IMG/VR virus record: IMGVR_UViG_3300032316_001177
Reading direction: 5' to 3' (one strand)
Origin: an uncultured virus (IMG/VR IMGVR_UViG_3300032316_001177)
Taxonomy: Duplodnaviria; Heunggongvirae; Uroviricota; Caudoviricetes
DNA length: 64,000 nt
Made by a program: the position numbers and the translations under genes. The notes beneath the pieces are model-generated. The model searched no databases. It was not told where the DNA came from and was given only the letters and a program-made list of their open reading frames with translations. This document shows, in pieces, positions 1 through 9,407 of this stretch. Numbering within the stretch: the stretch's first letter is position 1; the number at the start of each line of letters is the position of its first letter.

Positions 1-582
1 ACCGAATACGCTTCTGAGCGTTACAAGTTTAACGTAAAGACCGACCTCCTAGAGGTTGTTCGTCAACTGCGTAAGCGTAACGTTCCTGTATTCCAAGACG
101 GTTACTATCGTTGTATTGCTGACCCTTCTTTCATGAAGGATCTGCGTGCTGATCAAGGCTTCCGTGAAATTGCCCGTTACCCAGGTATGGGTCAAGGCAA
201 CCCCCTCATGGGTGCTGCTGGTCCTAACCAGGCAATTTATGGTGGCGGTCAATATGGCCAAGCAATGTTTGTTGCTGGTGAGCCCGTGATGCCTACCGGA
301 TTTGTATTTGAAGGAGTACGCTTCTTCGAGTCAACCAACTTTGCCGAAAAATCCATCACTTGTGATATTGGCGATGGTAGCGGTGCCATTACTCACACCA
401 CTCCCCCAGGCCTTTTCTTTGGTCCTCAGGCAGTAGGCGTTGGTATCGGTGGCCCTAACGCCCAAGTTCTTATTAACAACAACGACGACTTTAGCCGTTT
501 CATTATCTTGATCTGGCAACTGTACGCTGGTTTTGCTAATTTGAACAAGGACTTTATCACCTCTGCTTTCACCGTTATTTGA
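1..582 (+). CDS. Major capsid protein, C-terminal part (N4-gp56-like), truncated at the window start
   Basis: Frame 1 is open from position 1 (TEYASERYKFNVKTDLLEVVRQLRKRNVP...). Motifs GFVFEGVRFFES, FFGPQAVG and DDFSRFIILIW resemble HK97-fold MCP C-termini. It heads the structural cluster. Confidence 0.75.
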   Translation, partial: TEYASERYKFNVKTDLLEVVRQLRKRNVPVFQDGYYRCIADPSFMKDLRADQGFREIARYPGMGQGNPLMGAAGPNQAIYGGGQYGQAMFVAGEPVMPTGFVFEGVRFFESTNFAEKSITCDIGDGSGAITHTTPPGLFFGPQAVGVGIGGPNAQVLINNNDDFSRFIILIWQLYAGFANLNKDFITSAFTVI

Positions 583-601
583 GAATAAGAGGTACTAACA
601 A

Positions 602-1432
602 ATGGCAACTTACAAATCAAATGCTGGAAACATCCTCCAGCCCGGCGCTCAGATCAATCGCCTTTCTTCGTTCAACGTAGAAGGTGTTTATGGTTGGCCA
701 GGTATTGAAGCGTATGAACTGGTTGGTTATGTAAAGATTAGCAATTTAGTTGCCGATAGGGCAAGCTACAAGAGCTTTGATATTACTGTCCCTTCACCAG
801 ATCGTCGTGTTGACGACCGTGTACGCGATAACCGTACTTCATTGGTTGTTAATGCTTCTACTTTGCGTCCAGCTTATGTATACGGTGCTTCTATAGCCGT
901 AGCACAGGACATTCCTTCCGGTGGTGTAGTAGGATTCCCCGCGTCTCCTGTAACTGCAGACATCGGCGGAACAACTAGCGATCTTCTTTTCCTTGGCCCT
1001 AATAACGCTGGTGTTCCTTTTGGTATACCTAGTTCACAGGCCAACGGTTTAGCTGCTGCTTCTTCTTACCTAACTGCTGCTTCTAACCTATTTACTCAAG
1101 GTTCAGCAGCTGTTACAGGTGGTGGTACAACAGGCATCGCTCCTTTCCTTAACACTGTTACTACTGCAGGTATTGTTGCTGCTAACCTTGCAGACTCAAT
1201 GCTCTACAAGGTGACTGCAGACACTACCTTCAAGGTGTTTAGCACCACTGGTGTTACTGCAACCACTGTTAACGGTGCTGGTGTCTTTATCAGCGCAGCT
1301 GATTCTGATGCTGGTAAGGCAGGTTACTTGTTGTGCAGGGTTAATTACCTACGCACAGCAGCTGCTGTTTCTTGGAATGACATCCAAGGTTTTATTGACT
1401 TTGCTTCTCAGGTAGGCGGCAACGATACTTGA
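602..1432 (+). CDS. Putative capsid-associated/decoration protein
   Basis: 276 aa, G/A/T-rich, immediately after the MCP. Confidence 0.5.
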   Translation: MATYKSNAGNILQPGAQINRLSSFNVEGVYGWPGIEAYELVGYVKISNLVADRASYKSFDITVPSPDRRVDDRVRDNRTSLVVNASTLRPAYVYGASIAVAQDIPSGGVVGFPASPVTADIGGTTSDLLFLGPNNAGVPFGIPSSQANGLAAASSYLTAASNLFTQGSAAVTGGGTTGIAPFLNTVTTAGIVAANLADSMLYKVTADTTFKVFSTTGVTATTVNGAGVFISAADSDAGKAGYLLCRVNYLRTAAAVSWNDIQGFIDFASQVGGNDT

Positions 1433-1491
1433 TACTGGCCAATAAGGGTTAAGGTGGGTATTGTATTGATAGCTGTCATTTCATTTTTTAA

Positions 1492-1932
1492 ATGCTGTAT
1501 CAATACAAGCCCACCGGCTCCCTCCTTGAAGTTGTCTCTAAGCATGGGGAGGGAATCCTCATGTGTGTCGATTCACAAGATGAAGTTTGGTACGTAGCGG
1601 AAGAGGACCTTGTACCACATCTTGATGCTACAAATGAAAAAATCCGTACAGAAGAACGTCTTGCTGCTCAACTAGAAGAAGAAGGCGTTAAACCTGCAAA
1701 AGCAACTAATCGAGAAACATTTCCACTTGACGTTAGGATTAACATCAATACTGCAAGTGCAAGACAGATCGCCGATGCATTACCTGGAGTAGGATTAAAA
1801 ACAGCACGGGACATTAAAGATTTACAATCTTCAATGACCGGTGAAAAGTTCGTTAAACTAGATCAACTTAAGTCCATCAAACGGGTTGACTGGGACGAAA
1901 TCTTTAAAGAAAATCTTATCCGCGTTGAGTAA
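1492..1932 (+). CDS. Helix-hairpin-helix (ComEA-like) DNA-binding protein
   Basis: ININTASARQIADALPGVGLKTARDI matches the HhH/ComEA signature. Confidence 0.75.
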   Translation: MLYQYKPTGSLLEVVSKHGEGILMCVDSQDEVWYVAEEDLVPHLDATNEKIRTEERLAAQLEEEGVKPAKATNRETFPLDVRININTASARQIADALPGVGLKTARDIKDLQSSMTGEKFVKLDQLKSIKRVDWDEIFKENLIRVE

Positions 1933-2411
1933 TGCAACTCGATAGCTTCCTCAAATCAAAAGTCCGCTGGCACTTGGGATATAACACTACAAGCGTCCCT
2001 GCTGGTGATCAGGCACGTCTTGAGGAAGCTGTCAACAACATCCCAGATTCGTTCTGGTATTCAAAAATTGTCGAACAAGTAGGTAGGTGCGATCAAGCAG
2101 AAAAACGTACCGACATGACTGGTAGTGTTAATAACAATACTATTCCGCGTAATCGTATTGAAAGTATTGCAGGCGACGTAGATCGTACAATTGCTACTTC
2201 TGATTTTAGAGAAACACTTAAAACTTGGACGGCGATTTATATATACGAGACGGATCGATTAGCCCTACATCTTTATGTTCCCAATTACCGAAACCCTGAA
2301 CAGGCTAGGTATCGATTTGATCGGGAAGGAGCTGAATTTATTCAAGCACTTCCAGGCCCTGCTGACGTTTCTGTTGGTACTAGGCTCATGCTTTCAAATA
2401 GTTTCCGCTAG
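1932..2411 (+). CDS. Putative head-completion/adaptor protein
   Basis: 159 aa, coupled TAATG start, located in the head module; function inferred from position only. Confidence 0.4.
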   Translation: MQLDSFLKSKVRWHLGYNTTSVPAGDQARLEEAVNNIPDSFWYSKIVEQVGRCDQAEKRTDMTGSVNNNTIPRNRIESIAGDVDRTIATSDFRETLKTWTAIYIYETDRLALHLYVPNYRNPEQARYRFDREGAEFIQALPGPADVSVGTRLMLSNSFR

Positions 2412-2427
2412 AGAGGTTAAGAATAAA

Positions 2428-3045
2428 ATGGCAGCTTTAAACGCAAGTCAGCTTTTACAATTAGCTCAAAAAGCAGGGTTTAAGGATAAAGAAGCCAAGA
2501 CCATGGCTGCAATTATTCTTGGTGAGTCCAGTGGCAGGCCGGATGAGTACAATCCAAATGCGGCTACTGGTGATAAATCTTACGGACTTGCTCAAATAAA
2601 TATGATTGGTTCCATGGGACCAGCAAGATTAAAGCAGTTTGGTTTACAAAAAAATGAACAACTTTTTGATCCAGCTACTAATTTAGCTGCTGCACAGAAA
2701 GTTTATTCTGAGGTTGGGAATAAATTCACACCTTGGTCTGTATATAGATCTGGTGCATACAGGCAATTCTTACCTCAAGTAGAGAAAGCAGCTTTAACTC
2801 CACAGCAGTCACCAACACCTCAGCCATCAGAAGCTACACAGGCTAAGGTTCCAACTCCAGACGGAACATCTAAAACAGGGAATACATTTATTGTTTACAC
2901 CGGAGACAAATCACCAACTGACTTTCTTAATGATTTTATAAAAGAAAAACAATCCGTCGATTCAACCGGTCTTACTAAATCTAGTCAAATTGATCCAGTG
3001 AAACTATTGACTGATGCTTTTAAGGTTAATTATTTTGACAATTAA
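2428..3045 (+). CDS. Lysozyme-like/transglycosylase domain protein with Q/P linker and conserved C-terminal module
   Basis: AIILGESSG...DKSYGLAQINM...LFDPATN...FTPWSVY. The ATG at 2428 is preferred over 2275, which overlaps the upstream gene. Confidence 0.75.
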   Translation: MAALNASQLLQLAQKAGFKDKEAKTMAAIILGESSGRPDEYNPNAATGDKSYGLAQINMIGSMGPARLKQFGLQKNEQLFDPATNLAAAQKVYSEVGNKFTPWSVYRSGAYRQFLPQVEKAALTPQQSPTPQPSEATQAKVPTPDGTSKTGNTFIVYTGDKSPTDFLNDFIKEKQSVDSTGLTKSSQIDPVKLLTDAFKVNYFDN

Positions 3046-3074
3046 ATTAGAATTTAATTAAGCAATCTACTATT

Positions 3075-3731
3075 ATGTCAGAAAAATCTATTGTTGATGT
3101 AGGTAAGTTTCTTCAGAAATATGGATTAAAGATAGGTGAAAATCCTGTTTTTGGAGGGGTCTCCAATGTACATACAAAAGGTTCTTACCATTACACCCCA
3201 GGTGGCTCTGCAATTGATGTTACTGACTGGAGGCCGGACATGGCACCTGCTTATGAAGGAGGTCCTTCTAAGAGCTGGAAACAACGTACAGGGGAACTGT
3301 CTTGGCGTGCTAAAAAGTTAGGTGTCTTTACCGAAGCACTTGGACCCGGTGACCCTGGTCACAGCGAACACGTGCATTTAGCGTTAGCAAAAAACGCTCC
3401 TATATCTGAACAACAATTAGAGTGGCTTGCAACTGGTAGATATAAGACGCCGGAAGGTAAGCTTTCTAGCTCCCTTCCCACTAGCTACGCTTCAGGACAA
3501 TCTTTACCTGCTACAACACAACCTGCACAACCTCAAACCGCACAGCAAGGAGCAGGTAATACGATTGTTCTTGTTCCTGGTATGCCTAATCAGCCGAAGT
3601 CTAGTGAAGATTACCTTACTGATTTTCTTTCAAAGAACTTTACTAAAACAAGTACTGGTAATACAACGTCTCAAATTGATCCAATTGCAGCGTTACGACA
3701 GGCCTTTAATACACCATCTACTTTTGAATAA
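3075..3731 (+). CDS. Putative peptidoglycan metallopeptidase (M15-like) with the same C-terminal module
   Basis: SYHY...AIDV...HSEHVHL pattern of H/D/HxH ligands; Q/P linker. Confidence 0.55.
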   Translation: MSEKSIVDVGKFLQKYGLKIGENPVFGGVSNVHTKGSYHYTPGGSAIDVTDWRPDMAPAYEGGPSKSWKQRTGELSWRAKKLGVFTEALGPGDPGHSEHVHLALAKNAPISEQQLEWLATGRYKTPEGKLSSSLPTSYASGQSLPATTQPAQPQTAQQGAGNTIVLVPGMPNQPKSSEDYLTDFLSKNFTKTSTGNTTSQIDPIAALRQAFNTPSTFE

Positions 3732-4030
3732 TGAGATTCGCTCAAGTCCCTGGCTATGAACCGAGCTTTCCCGTTACCTACGGTAATTTATATGGAGACA
3801 GTACGTTAACTACTGCAGGTTTTAGTGACCCATTTAACATGCAGCGCACTGAGAAAATAATGCATTGTCCATACGTAGTATCTTACAATGGTATTGAGGA
3901 GCCACGGTTCCAACTAAACAACCCAGCATATATGAGGGAGGTTGACCGCTCTCATAGCGACCCACTGCCTCCAGTTGGGTTAAGCCGTAACTCAAGACAA
4001 AACGATTTACATGGCGTATACAAAACCTGA
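3731..4030 (+). CDS. Hypothetical protein
   Basis: 99 aa, translationally coupled within the operon. Confidence 0.55.
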   Translation: MRFAQVPGYEPSFPVTYGNLYGDSTLTTAGFSDPFNMQRTEKIMHCPYVVSYNGIEEPRFQLNNPAYMREVDRSHSDPLPPVGLSRNSRQNDLHGVYKT

Positions 4031-4244
4031 ACTTAGGGAACGACTTAAGAATCGAATAAAATCCGGTTCTAAAGGAGGTAAACCAGGACAATGGTCAGCC
4101 CGAAAAGCACAATTACTGGCGCAAGCATATAAACAAAGAGGAGGTGGCTACAGAGGAGAACAAACAGAAGGACAAAAATCCCTAAAACGTTGGGGTGAAC
4201 AGAAGTGGATGACACGCGAAAACTACGAAAATAAAAACAAATGA
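4011..4244 (+). CDS. DUF5872-like basic protein, N-terminal half
   Basis: YTKPELRERLK...GSKGGKPGQWSARKAQLLAQAYKQRGGGY. Confidence 0.65.
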   Translation: MAYTKPELRERLKNRIKSGSKGGKPGQWSARKAQLLAQAYKQRGGGYRGEQTEGQKSLKRWGEQKWMTRENYENKNK

Positions 4245-4456
4245 TGACAGACAAAGCAATTGAGCCCGGTCAAAAAAGTACGGAACGGTATTTACCAGAA
4301 AAAGCGTGGGCTAATTTATCACCAGAAGAACGGAAGAACACAGATGATAAGAAAAAACGTGGTTCTAGAGAAGGTAAGCAATTTGTACCTAATACAGAAA
4401 GGGCAAAAAAAGCCCGTCGCGCCGTAGAATTATCAAGTAAGAGAAAAAAACAATGA
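4241..4456 (+). CDS. DUF5872-like basic protein, C-terminal half
   Basis: TERYLPEKAWANLSPEE...KKKRGSREGKQFVPNT. Confidence 0.6.
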   Translation: MMTDKAIEPGQKSTERYLPEKAWANLSPEERKNTDDKKKRGSREGKQFVPNTERAKKARRAVELSSKRKKQ

Positions 4457-4788
4457 GTATCCATGGACAACGGACAGTAAGAAAAAAACTTGTTGACCAT
4501 GCTGAGGATAGAACAAGACGACCAGATGAGAGGCCTGCAAACAGACCTCAAGCAGACCTTGGTTATACCCTTGGTGTACGTCAAGACTCATTACCTTTTG
4601 ACGAGCCCTTAAAAACCAACGCTGAAAAATTTGTTTCTCCCCAACGAACTAATCAAAAAAAACAACGAATGGCCGGTGATGTATTAGGCGCTTTAAACTA
4701 TGATATAAAACAAGGTACTGGCCTTCCTTCTGCATTTAAACAATTGCAAGTTGGTAGTGCTGAGCTCCGTAACCCCGAAATTTCTTAG
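4453..4788 (+). CDS. Hypothetical protein
   Basis: 111 aa, ATGA-coupled. Confidence 0.5.
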   Translation: MSIHGQRTVRKKLVDHAEDRTRRPDERPANRPQADLGYTLGVRQDSLPFDEPLKTNAEKFVSPQRTNQKKQRMAGDVLGALNYDIKQGTGLPSAFKQLQVGSAELRNPEIS

Positions 4789-4793
4789 TAGCA

Positions 4794-4985
4794 ATGCCTG
4801 GTAAAAATCAAATGCCACCTCAATTGTTGGCGCATTTTAAAAAGAAAGCAGCTAGCAAAGGAGAGTCAGAGGAGACTACGCCAGGGATGCAAAAAGAAAA
4901 CGATAAAGCAAAGCGCAAGGAAGCACTGACAAAAGCTCGTACCCAATTAGAAGAAAAAAATAAAACAAAACGAAAAGAAAAATAA
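4794..4985 (+). CDS. Small basic hypothetical protein
   Basis: 63 aa, K-rich (MPPQLLAHFKKK). Confidence 0.5.
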   Translation: MPGKNQMPPQLLAHFKKKAASKGESEETTPGMQKENDKAKRKEALTKARTQLEEKNKTKRKEK

Positions 4986-5043
4986 ACAAACTACCGGTTA
5001 GTGAAAATACGCTACAATTAAAACAACGTAATTAAGTAGAGCC

Positions 5044-5817
5044 TTGTCTTCATCCTCTTCAAACAAGCAGCCTATGCTTCTTGATAGGCCTGCTAATTCA
5101 AGCACCCTAGTTACGGTAGCATCTGGCCAGTTATTTTCTACAAGCTTAATACCAACGGCAATTGGAAACTGCACAAAAGTTTTTGATTGCGATTCAGCAC
5201 AAACAGATACTTCAATTAGCGGAGCATATATAGATGAAATATGGTTCCGTTATACAAAAAATAGTAATACTTTTATAGACGCGCAAACCGCTGGAGCCGG
5301 AACATATGCTCAGACAGGTACATCTTCAGTAATCGTAACATTAGCTAACCATAATCTACGTGTTGGTCAAAAAGTAGGTCTTGATTATACAAGTGGTACT
5401 GCTGTTGATGAAGTTGCAGTTGTTGCTTCAGTAACTACTACAACGTTTACAGTTACTAGTGCAGGAACTTTAACAACAAGTGGAAACGTAAGTGTATATC
5501 AACCAACTGATTTTGGTTTCTATTTGTTAAATACATCGACAATTACTAATACCAACCAGTTTTTTCCTTTGTTTGTTGCAAGTGTACCATCAACTTATGA
5601 TAACGTTGAGTACAGTCTTACTACAAATTTAGTTCTTCCTTTAATCAATCACCCGGTACCACAAGCTGGCGCAAACTTTACTAGTACTAACAGTACCGTT
5701 TCTCCAAAAATGCGTGGTTTAATGTTACAACGTGGACAAGCTTTATATGTTTCTGTAAGTGGTACAACCTCGTTAACAAATGGTTTTTATTGTAACGTAC
5801 AAGCTGGTTACTATTAA
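5044..5817 (+). CDS. Putative virion structural protein
   Basis: T/S-rich; contains one 'VTLANHNLRVGQKV' beta-repeat like those in the next gene. Confidence 0.5.
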   Translation: MSSSSSNKQPMLLDRPANSSTLVTVASGQLFSTSLIPTAIGNCTKVFDCDSAQTDTSISGAYIDEIWFRYTKNSNTFIDAQTAGAGTYAQTGTSSVIVTLANHNLRVGQKVGLDYTSGTAVDEVAVVASVTTTTFTVTSAGTLTTSGNVSVYQPTDFGFYLLNTSTITNTNQFFPLFVASVPSTYDNVEYSLTTNLVLPLINHPVPQAGANFTSTNSTVSPKMRGLMLQRGQALYVSVSGTTSLTNGFYCNVQAGYY

Positions 5818-5825
5818 GAACTAAA

Positions 5826-8123
5826 ATGCCTTTTGGATCTAAAGGTTTTAGTGGTAAACCATTAAAAAGTTTTGATAGCGGTTTGTCCAAAGGGTTTGAA
5901 GAGGTTAGCAAGACAACATTACCGGAATTTCTTTTAGATGAGAACCCATTTAAATTTACTCCTAAAGATTCAAAATATAGGAGCAACATCCGCTTCTATG
6001 ATCAGGACGCTTTGTGGACCAGGTGGAGACGTGGATATGAACTTTATACAGTTACGCAAAATGTTTTAGGTTCTTTTTCCCAAGAGAGAGCACAGCGTGG
6101 TGATTATAGAATGTACTGTTCGTTTCAACAGTTCCCTGGTGTATTTATACCTATACGTGTTTTTACTTTTCCTACAACAAATTCAGAACTTGGTAATCAG
6201 TTAGTAGGTATAAGAGATGCAAACTCATTAAATTTTTATAATTTTGGTTTACCAATACTTGAGGTACGTTATTTAGGAACAGCAAGAAGCGCAACATATT
6301 CCCAGGTCAGTACAACAATAACAGTTTCAAAACAAGATCATGGTTTTTTTGTAGGAGAAAATGTTTACCTTGTTTTTACTTCCGGTGCCGGTGTAAATGC
6401 AACACTTCCAATTACTTCAACAACTCAAAATTCCTTTACTTGTATTGCTGCTGCACCTCTAAGTACCGGAGGTAATTTAACAATACAGCTATCAACAATA
6501 TTTACAGATTCACGTTGGACTGAACTCAGGACAAAACTTAGAAGTTTACCTACTGCAGCAAGTTTTCTTTCAGGCGAACGTTTAGTAGATAGGGTAATTG
6601 AAAAAGATCCAGGTATCTCTGCAACTTATTCAAGAGCAGGTTCTACATTAACTGTAACTTGTTCCTCTGTGCATGGTCTTTCAACTGGTAACACTGTTTA
6701 CTTATCAATTGGTAGTGGACTTATTACCTCTGGTCAATACACTATTACCGTTACTTCAGTAACACAATTCACAATAACAACAATTACTAGCGGTGCAACA
6801 AGTGGTAATGCTACGGTAATTCGTTTAATAATGGGATTTAGATATGATGACTATGTTGGGTACACTGTAAACACAGTTGATGCCACTACAAATGAGATTG
6901 TTTTTTATCGTACAGATAGCTATGCAGCACAAACAATAAACAATAAAACGGAAACAGTAGTACCGGCTGCAAGGGGATTTGAAGTTGGTAGATTTTTAAC
7001 AACCGAAGTTCGTTATCAATGTACATGTCAAGACTACACTAGGCGGTCAGGATATAATTTTTTTAAAGAGGGTATGCATAAAAATTTTCCAGTTACGGCA
7101 ATCGGTTCTACTAAACCTGGTCAGTACCTAGATAAAGACGGTTCGTTAATTAATCAACGAGATAACGTAGGTGTTTTTTCTGATCTAGGTCATGTTGCTA
7201 TTAATAATTTTTACCAACTACCTACTTATGAAGACACTTCGGATACGTCTTTTCCTAATTTAATGTATTATCAGTTAAGGTGGTGCAAACATATATATGC
7301 TGCTATGTTTTCCTTGAATCATGATGAAGGGAATTCCCCGTTATCTATTGATGCTAAGTATGTTCAAGCTGGTGTAAGCATTACAATTACCGCAGAAAAT
7401 CATGGATTACAGGCTAATACAAAAGTTGAACTTGTATTTACAAGTGGCAGTGCAGCGTCAGGCCAGTATACTATTACGCAAATTATTGACAGCAATAGTT
7501 TTAAAATTGTTTACCCTTTTTCAAACAATACAAGTGGATACTGCATTGTTGAGAATTTAAAAGAACATGATTATGTTAAAGTTTGGCTCTTGGAACCTAA
7601 TGATAAGCCAGTTGGTGACTCTTTAGATGCATTTTATATTTCTTTTGACAAAGAAAATAAAAACTTGCGTAAAGCTGCAGAACGTTTTGCCCTAGTTAAA
7701 CAAGGTGAAAAGTGGGTAGGAACACAGTCGGTTATAGGATCTAGAAATTTACCAGAAGATATTGCTAATATCGATCCACAACTTTTGGTAATGTTAATGA
7801 CTGACGAAGTACGTAGAGGATCTTCAGGAACATTAGATAATCAAGGTGTTTTACAGAATAGTACACAGAGAATGATTTCAATGATTAGTAAATTATTAAA
7901 CTTGCAACCGGAGTTTATTCTTGGCACTAAATTTGCCATGCTAGATGAGCCCCTGATAAATTATATGCCGACATTTGATGCTGGTGCAATTAGAGGAGGT
8001 GCTTATTTAAATGGGGCGCCTACAGAAGATTTAGCCACGTTGACTTCTATTAATTGCTCAAGCTATGATCCGTATGTGCAGCAAGATACGGTAGTATCTT
8101 CTGGACGTTATATTAATTCTTAA
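5826..8123 (+). CDS. Large protein with three beta-rich repeats and a split SWIM-like zinc finger
   Basis: Repeats TITVSKQDHGF / TLTVTCSSVHGL / SITITAENHGL; YQCTCQDY...WCKHIYAAM. Confidence 0.55.
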   Translation: MPFGSKGFSGKPLKSFDSGLSKGFEEVSKTTLPEFLLDENPFKFTPKDSKYRSNIRFYDQDALWTRWRRGYELYTVTQNVLGSFSQERAQRGDYRMYCSFQQFPGVFIPIRVFTFPTTNSELGNQLVGIRDANSLNFYNFGLPILEVRYLGTARSATYSQVSTTITVSKQDHGFFVGENVYLVFTSGAGVNATLPITSTTQNSFTCIAAAPLSTGGNLTIQLSTIFTDSRWTELRTKLRSLPTAASFLSGERLVDRVIEKDPGISATYSRAGSTLTVTCSSVHGLSTGNTVYLSIGSGLITSGQYTITVTSVTQFTITTITSGATSGNATVIRLIMGFRYDDYVGYTVNTVDATTNEIVFYRTDSYAAQTINNKTETVVPAARGFEVGRFLTTEVRYQCTCQDYTRRSGYNFFKEGMHKNFPVTAIGSTKPGQYLDKDGSLINQRDNVGVFSDLGHVAINNFYQLPTYEDTSDTSFPNLMYYQLRWCKHIYAAMFSLNHDEGNSPLSIDAKYVQAGVSITITAENHGLQANTKVELVFTSGSAASGQYTITQIIDSNSFKIVYPFSNNTSGYCIVENLKEHDYVKVWLLEPNDKPVGDSLDAFYISFDKENKNLRKAAERFALVKQGEKWVGTQSVIGSRNLPEDIANIDPQLLVMLMTDEVRRGSSGTLDNQGVLQNSTQRMISMISKLLNLQPEFILGTKFAMLDEPLINYMPTFDAGAIRGGAYLNGAPTEDLATLTSINCSSYDPYVQQDTVVSSGRYINS

Positions 8124-8125
8124 CC

Positions 8126-8563
8126 ATGACCGTTCAAATATTAAGCCGCTTCTCAGATCTTCTTTATGATCGTCCATTTCCAACAAGATTAGGTGTACTT
8201 GCTGATGGCGTGGAAATGGCGTTGAACCATAACGCTATTGATCCGGGTTTATATTTTGCAGATAATACATCAGGTCCTACACGTGCCTTGATAAAAGTAG
8301 GCCCCACACATGTAGGCAGTACAGCTCCTAACCTCACACCTACTGGCCACACAAGCTACTCTAAGGGTGAATCCTGGTTAGATATTGCCAGCACTAAAAT
8401 CCTTAAGGTTTATGATGGCACAACATTTCAAGCAACAAATGCAGTTGCCTCTGTTAGTGCGGGTAAACCATCTAATCCGATAAACGGACAACTTCATTAT
8501 GATTCAGCTATACCAGGTTTATTTATATATTTAACAAGTAGTGCTAACTGGATTGCTATTTAA
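8126..8563 (+). CDS. Putative tail/fibre-associated protein
   Basis: KGESWLD...LKVYDGT and NGQLHYDS...LFIY fibre-type repeats. Confidence 0.5.
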   Translation: MTVQILSRFSDLLYDRPFPTRLGVLADGVEMALNHNAIDPGLYFADNTSGPTRALIKVGPTHVGSTAPNLTPTGHTSYSKGESWLDIASTKILKVYDGTTFQATNAVASVSAGKPSNPINGQLHYDSAIPGLFIYLTSSANWIAI

Positions 8564-8799
8564 CGCATTACCCTGTCAAGAATCCTATCTAACTTACTGT
8601 GAACAGCCTGCATCTCCCGGAGGAAGTCTTCTTTCAATACGTAATCTCTAATTAAACGGTCTTCTAAAGAGTCAAGCTTGTCTTCAATTTTTTCAAAACG
8701 TTTATTTAAACGCTCTTGAGAATTATACAAGGCCTTAGAGAGACCAGCAAACGCAGCGATTCCTGCAGAAAGAGCAGTTAGAATTGTTTCTATTGGCAT
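8560..8799 (-). CDS. Small membrane-anchored coiled-coil protein (holin/spanin-like candidate)
   Basis: Hydrophobic N-terminus, coiled coil, YVLKEDF motif. Confidence 0.45.
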   Translation of the reverse strand: MPIETILTALSAGIAAFAGLSKALYNSQERLNKRFEKIEDKLDSLEDRLIRDYVLKEDFLREMQAVHSKLDRILDRVMR

Positions 8800-8871
8800 T
8801 GTTTTAGTCCTCTTACTATATATTCTAAAGGATTTAACAACTTAGAATAACATTAGAAAAATAAAGGTATC

Positions 8872-9405
8872 ATGTCAACAGGGTACGATCCCAATATAGA
8901 AGGGGCTATTACTGTACTTGTTGATTTAATGTCAGGTAATGGTTTCACGCTTACCAGGCAACCATATGCGCCTAATTACAGGGGCTTAGTAGATTGCATT
9001 ATTGATTTAAAAGACGGTTTATATGCATATGTTCCACACAGGGTTGGATTTAATGTTGTAGTTTTTGAAAACGTAAATAAAAACGATGCGGTTTACCTTA
9101 GAGCAGCAGACGGTCAAGCAGGAAAAGCCATTGCAAGTGGCGTGTCTTTTGATGCTGCTTGTGTTATTGGATTTGCTGAAGAGGCTGTTCTTTCAGGCGG
9201 AACTGCAAGAGTCATTGTTGCAGGTTTCCAAAATTTTACAGCTACTTTAGATCCAGGGGATTTGTATTTCCTATCTGCCGCAACAGCTGGTCAAATCGCA
9301 ACAACACCACCAAGTACAGCTGGACAGTATGTGACAAGAGTAGGAGAGGCGTCAACAACCAGCGAATTTGTTATCCAAATAGAACCACCAATTAGGTTAA
9401 GGTAA
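8872..9405 (+). CDS. Head/capsid fibre-like structural protein
   Basis: DAVYLR..GQAGKAIA...IGFA...LDPGDLYFLS...YVTRVG; paralogous to the C-terminus of 9408-10223. Confidence 0.5.
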   Translation: MSTGYDPNIEGAITVLVDLMSGNGFTLTRQPYAPNYRGLVDCIIDLKDGLYAYVPHRVGFNVVVFENVNKNDAVYLRAADGQAGKAIASGVSFDAACVIGFAEEAVLSGGTARVIVAGFQNFTATLDPGDLYFLSAATAGQIATTPPSTAGQYVTRVGEASTTSEFVIQIEPPIRLR

Positions 9406-9407
9406 AT

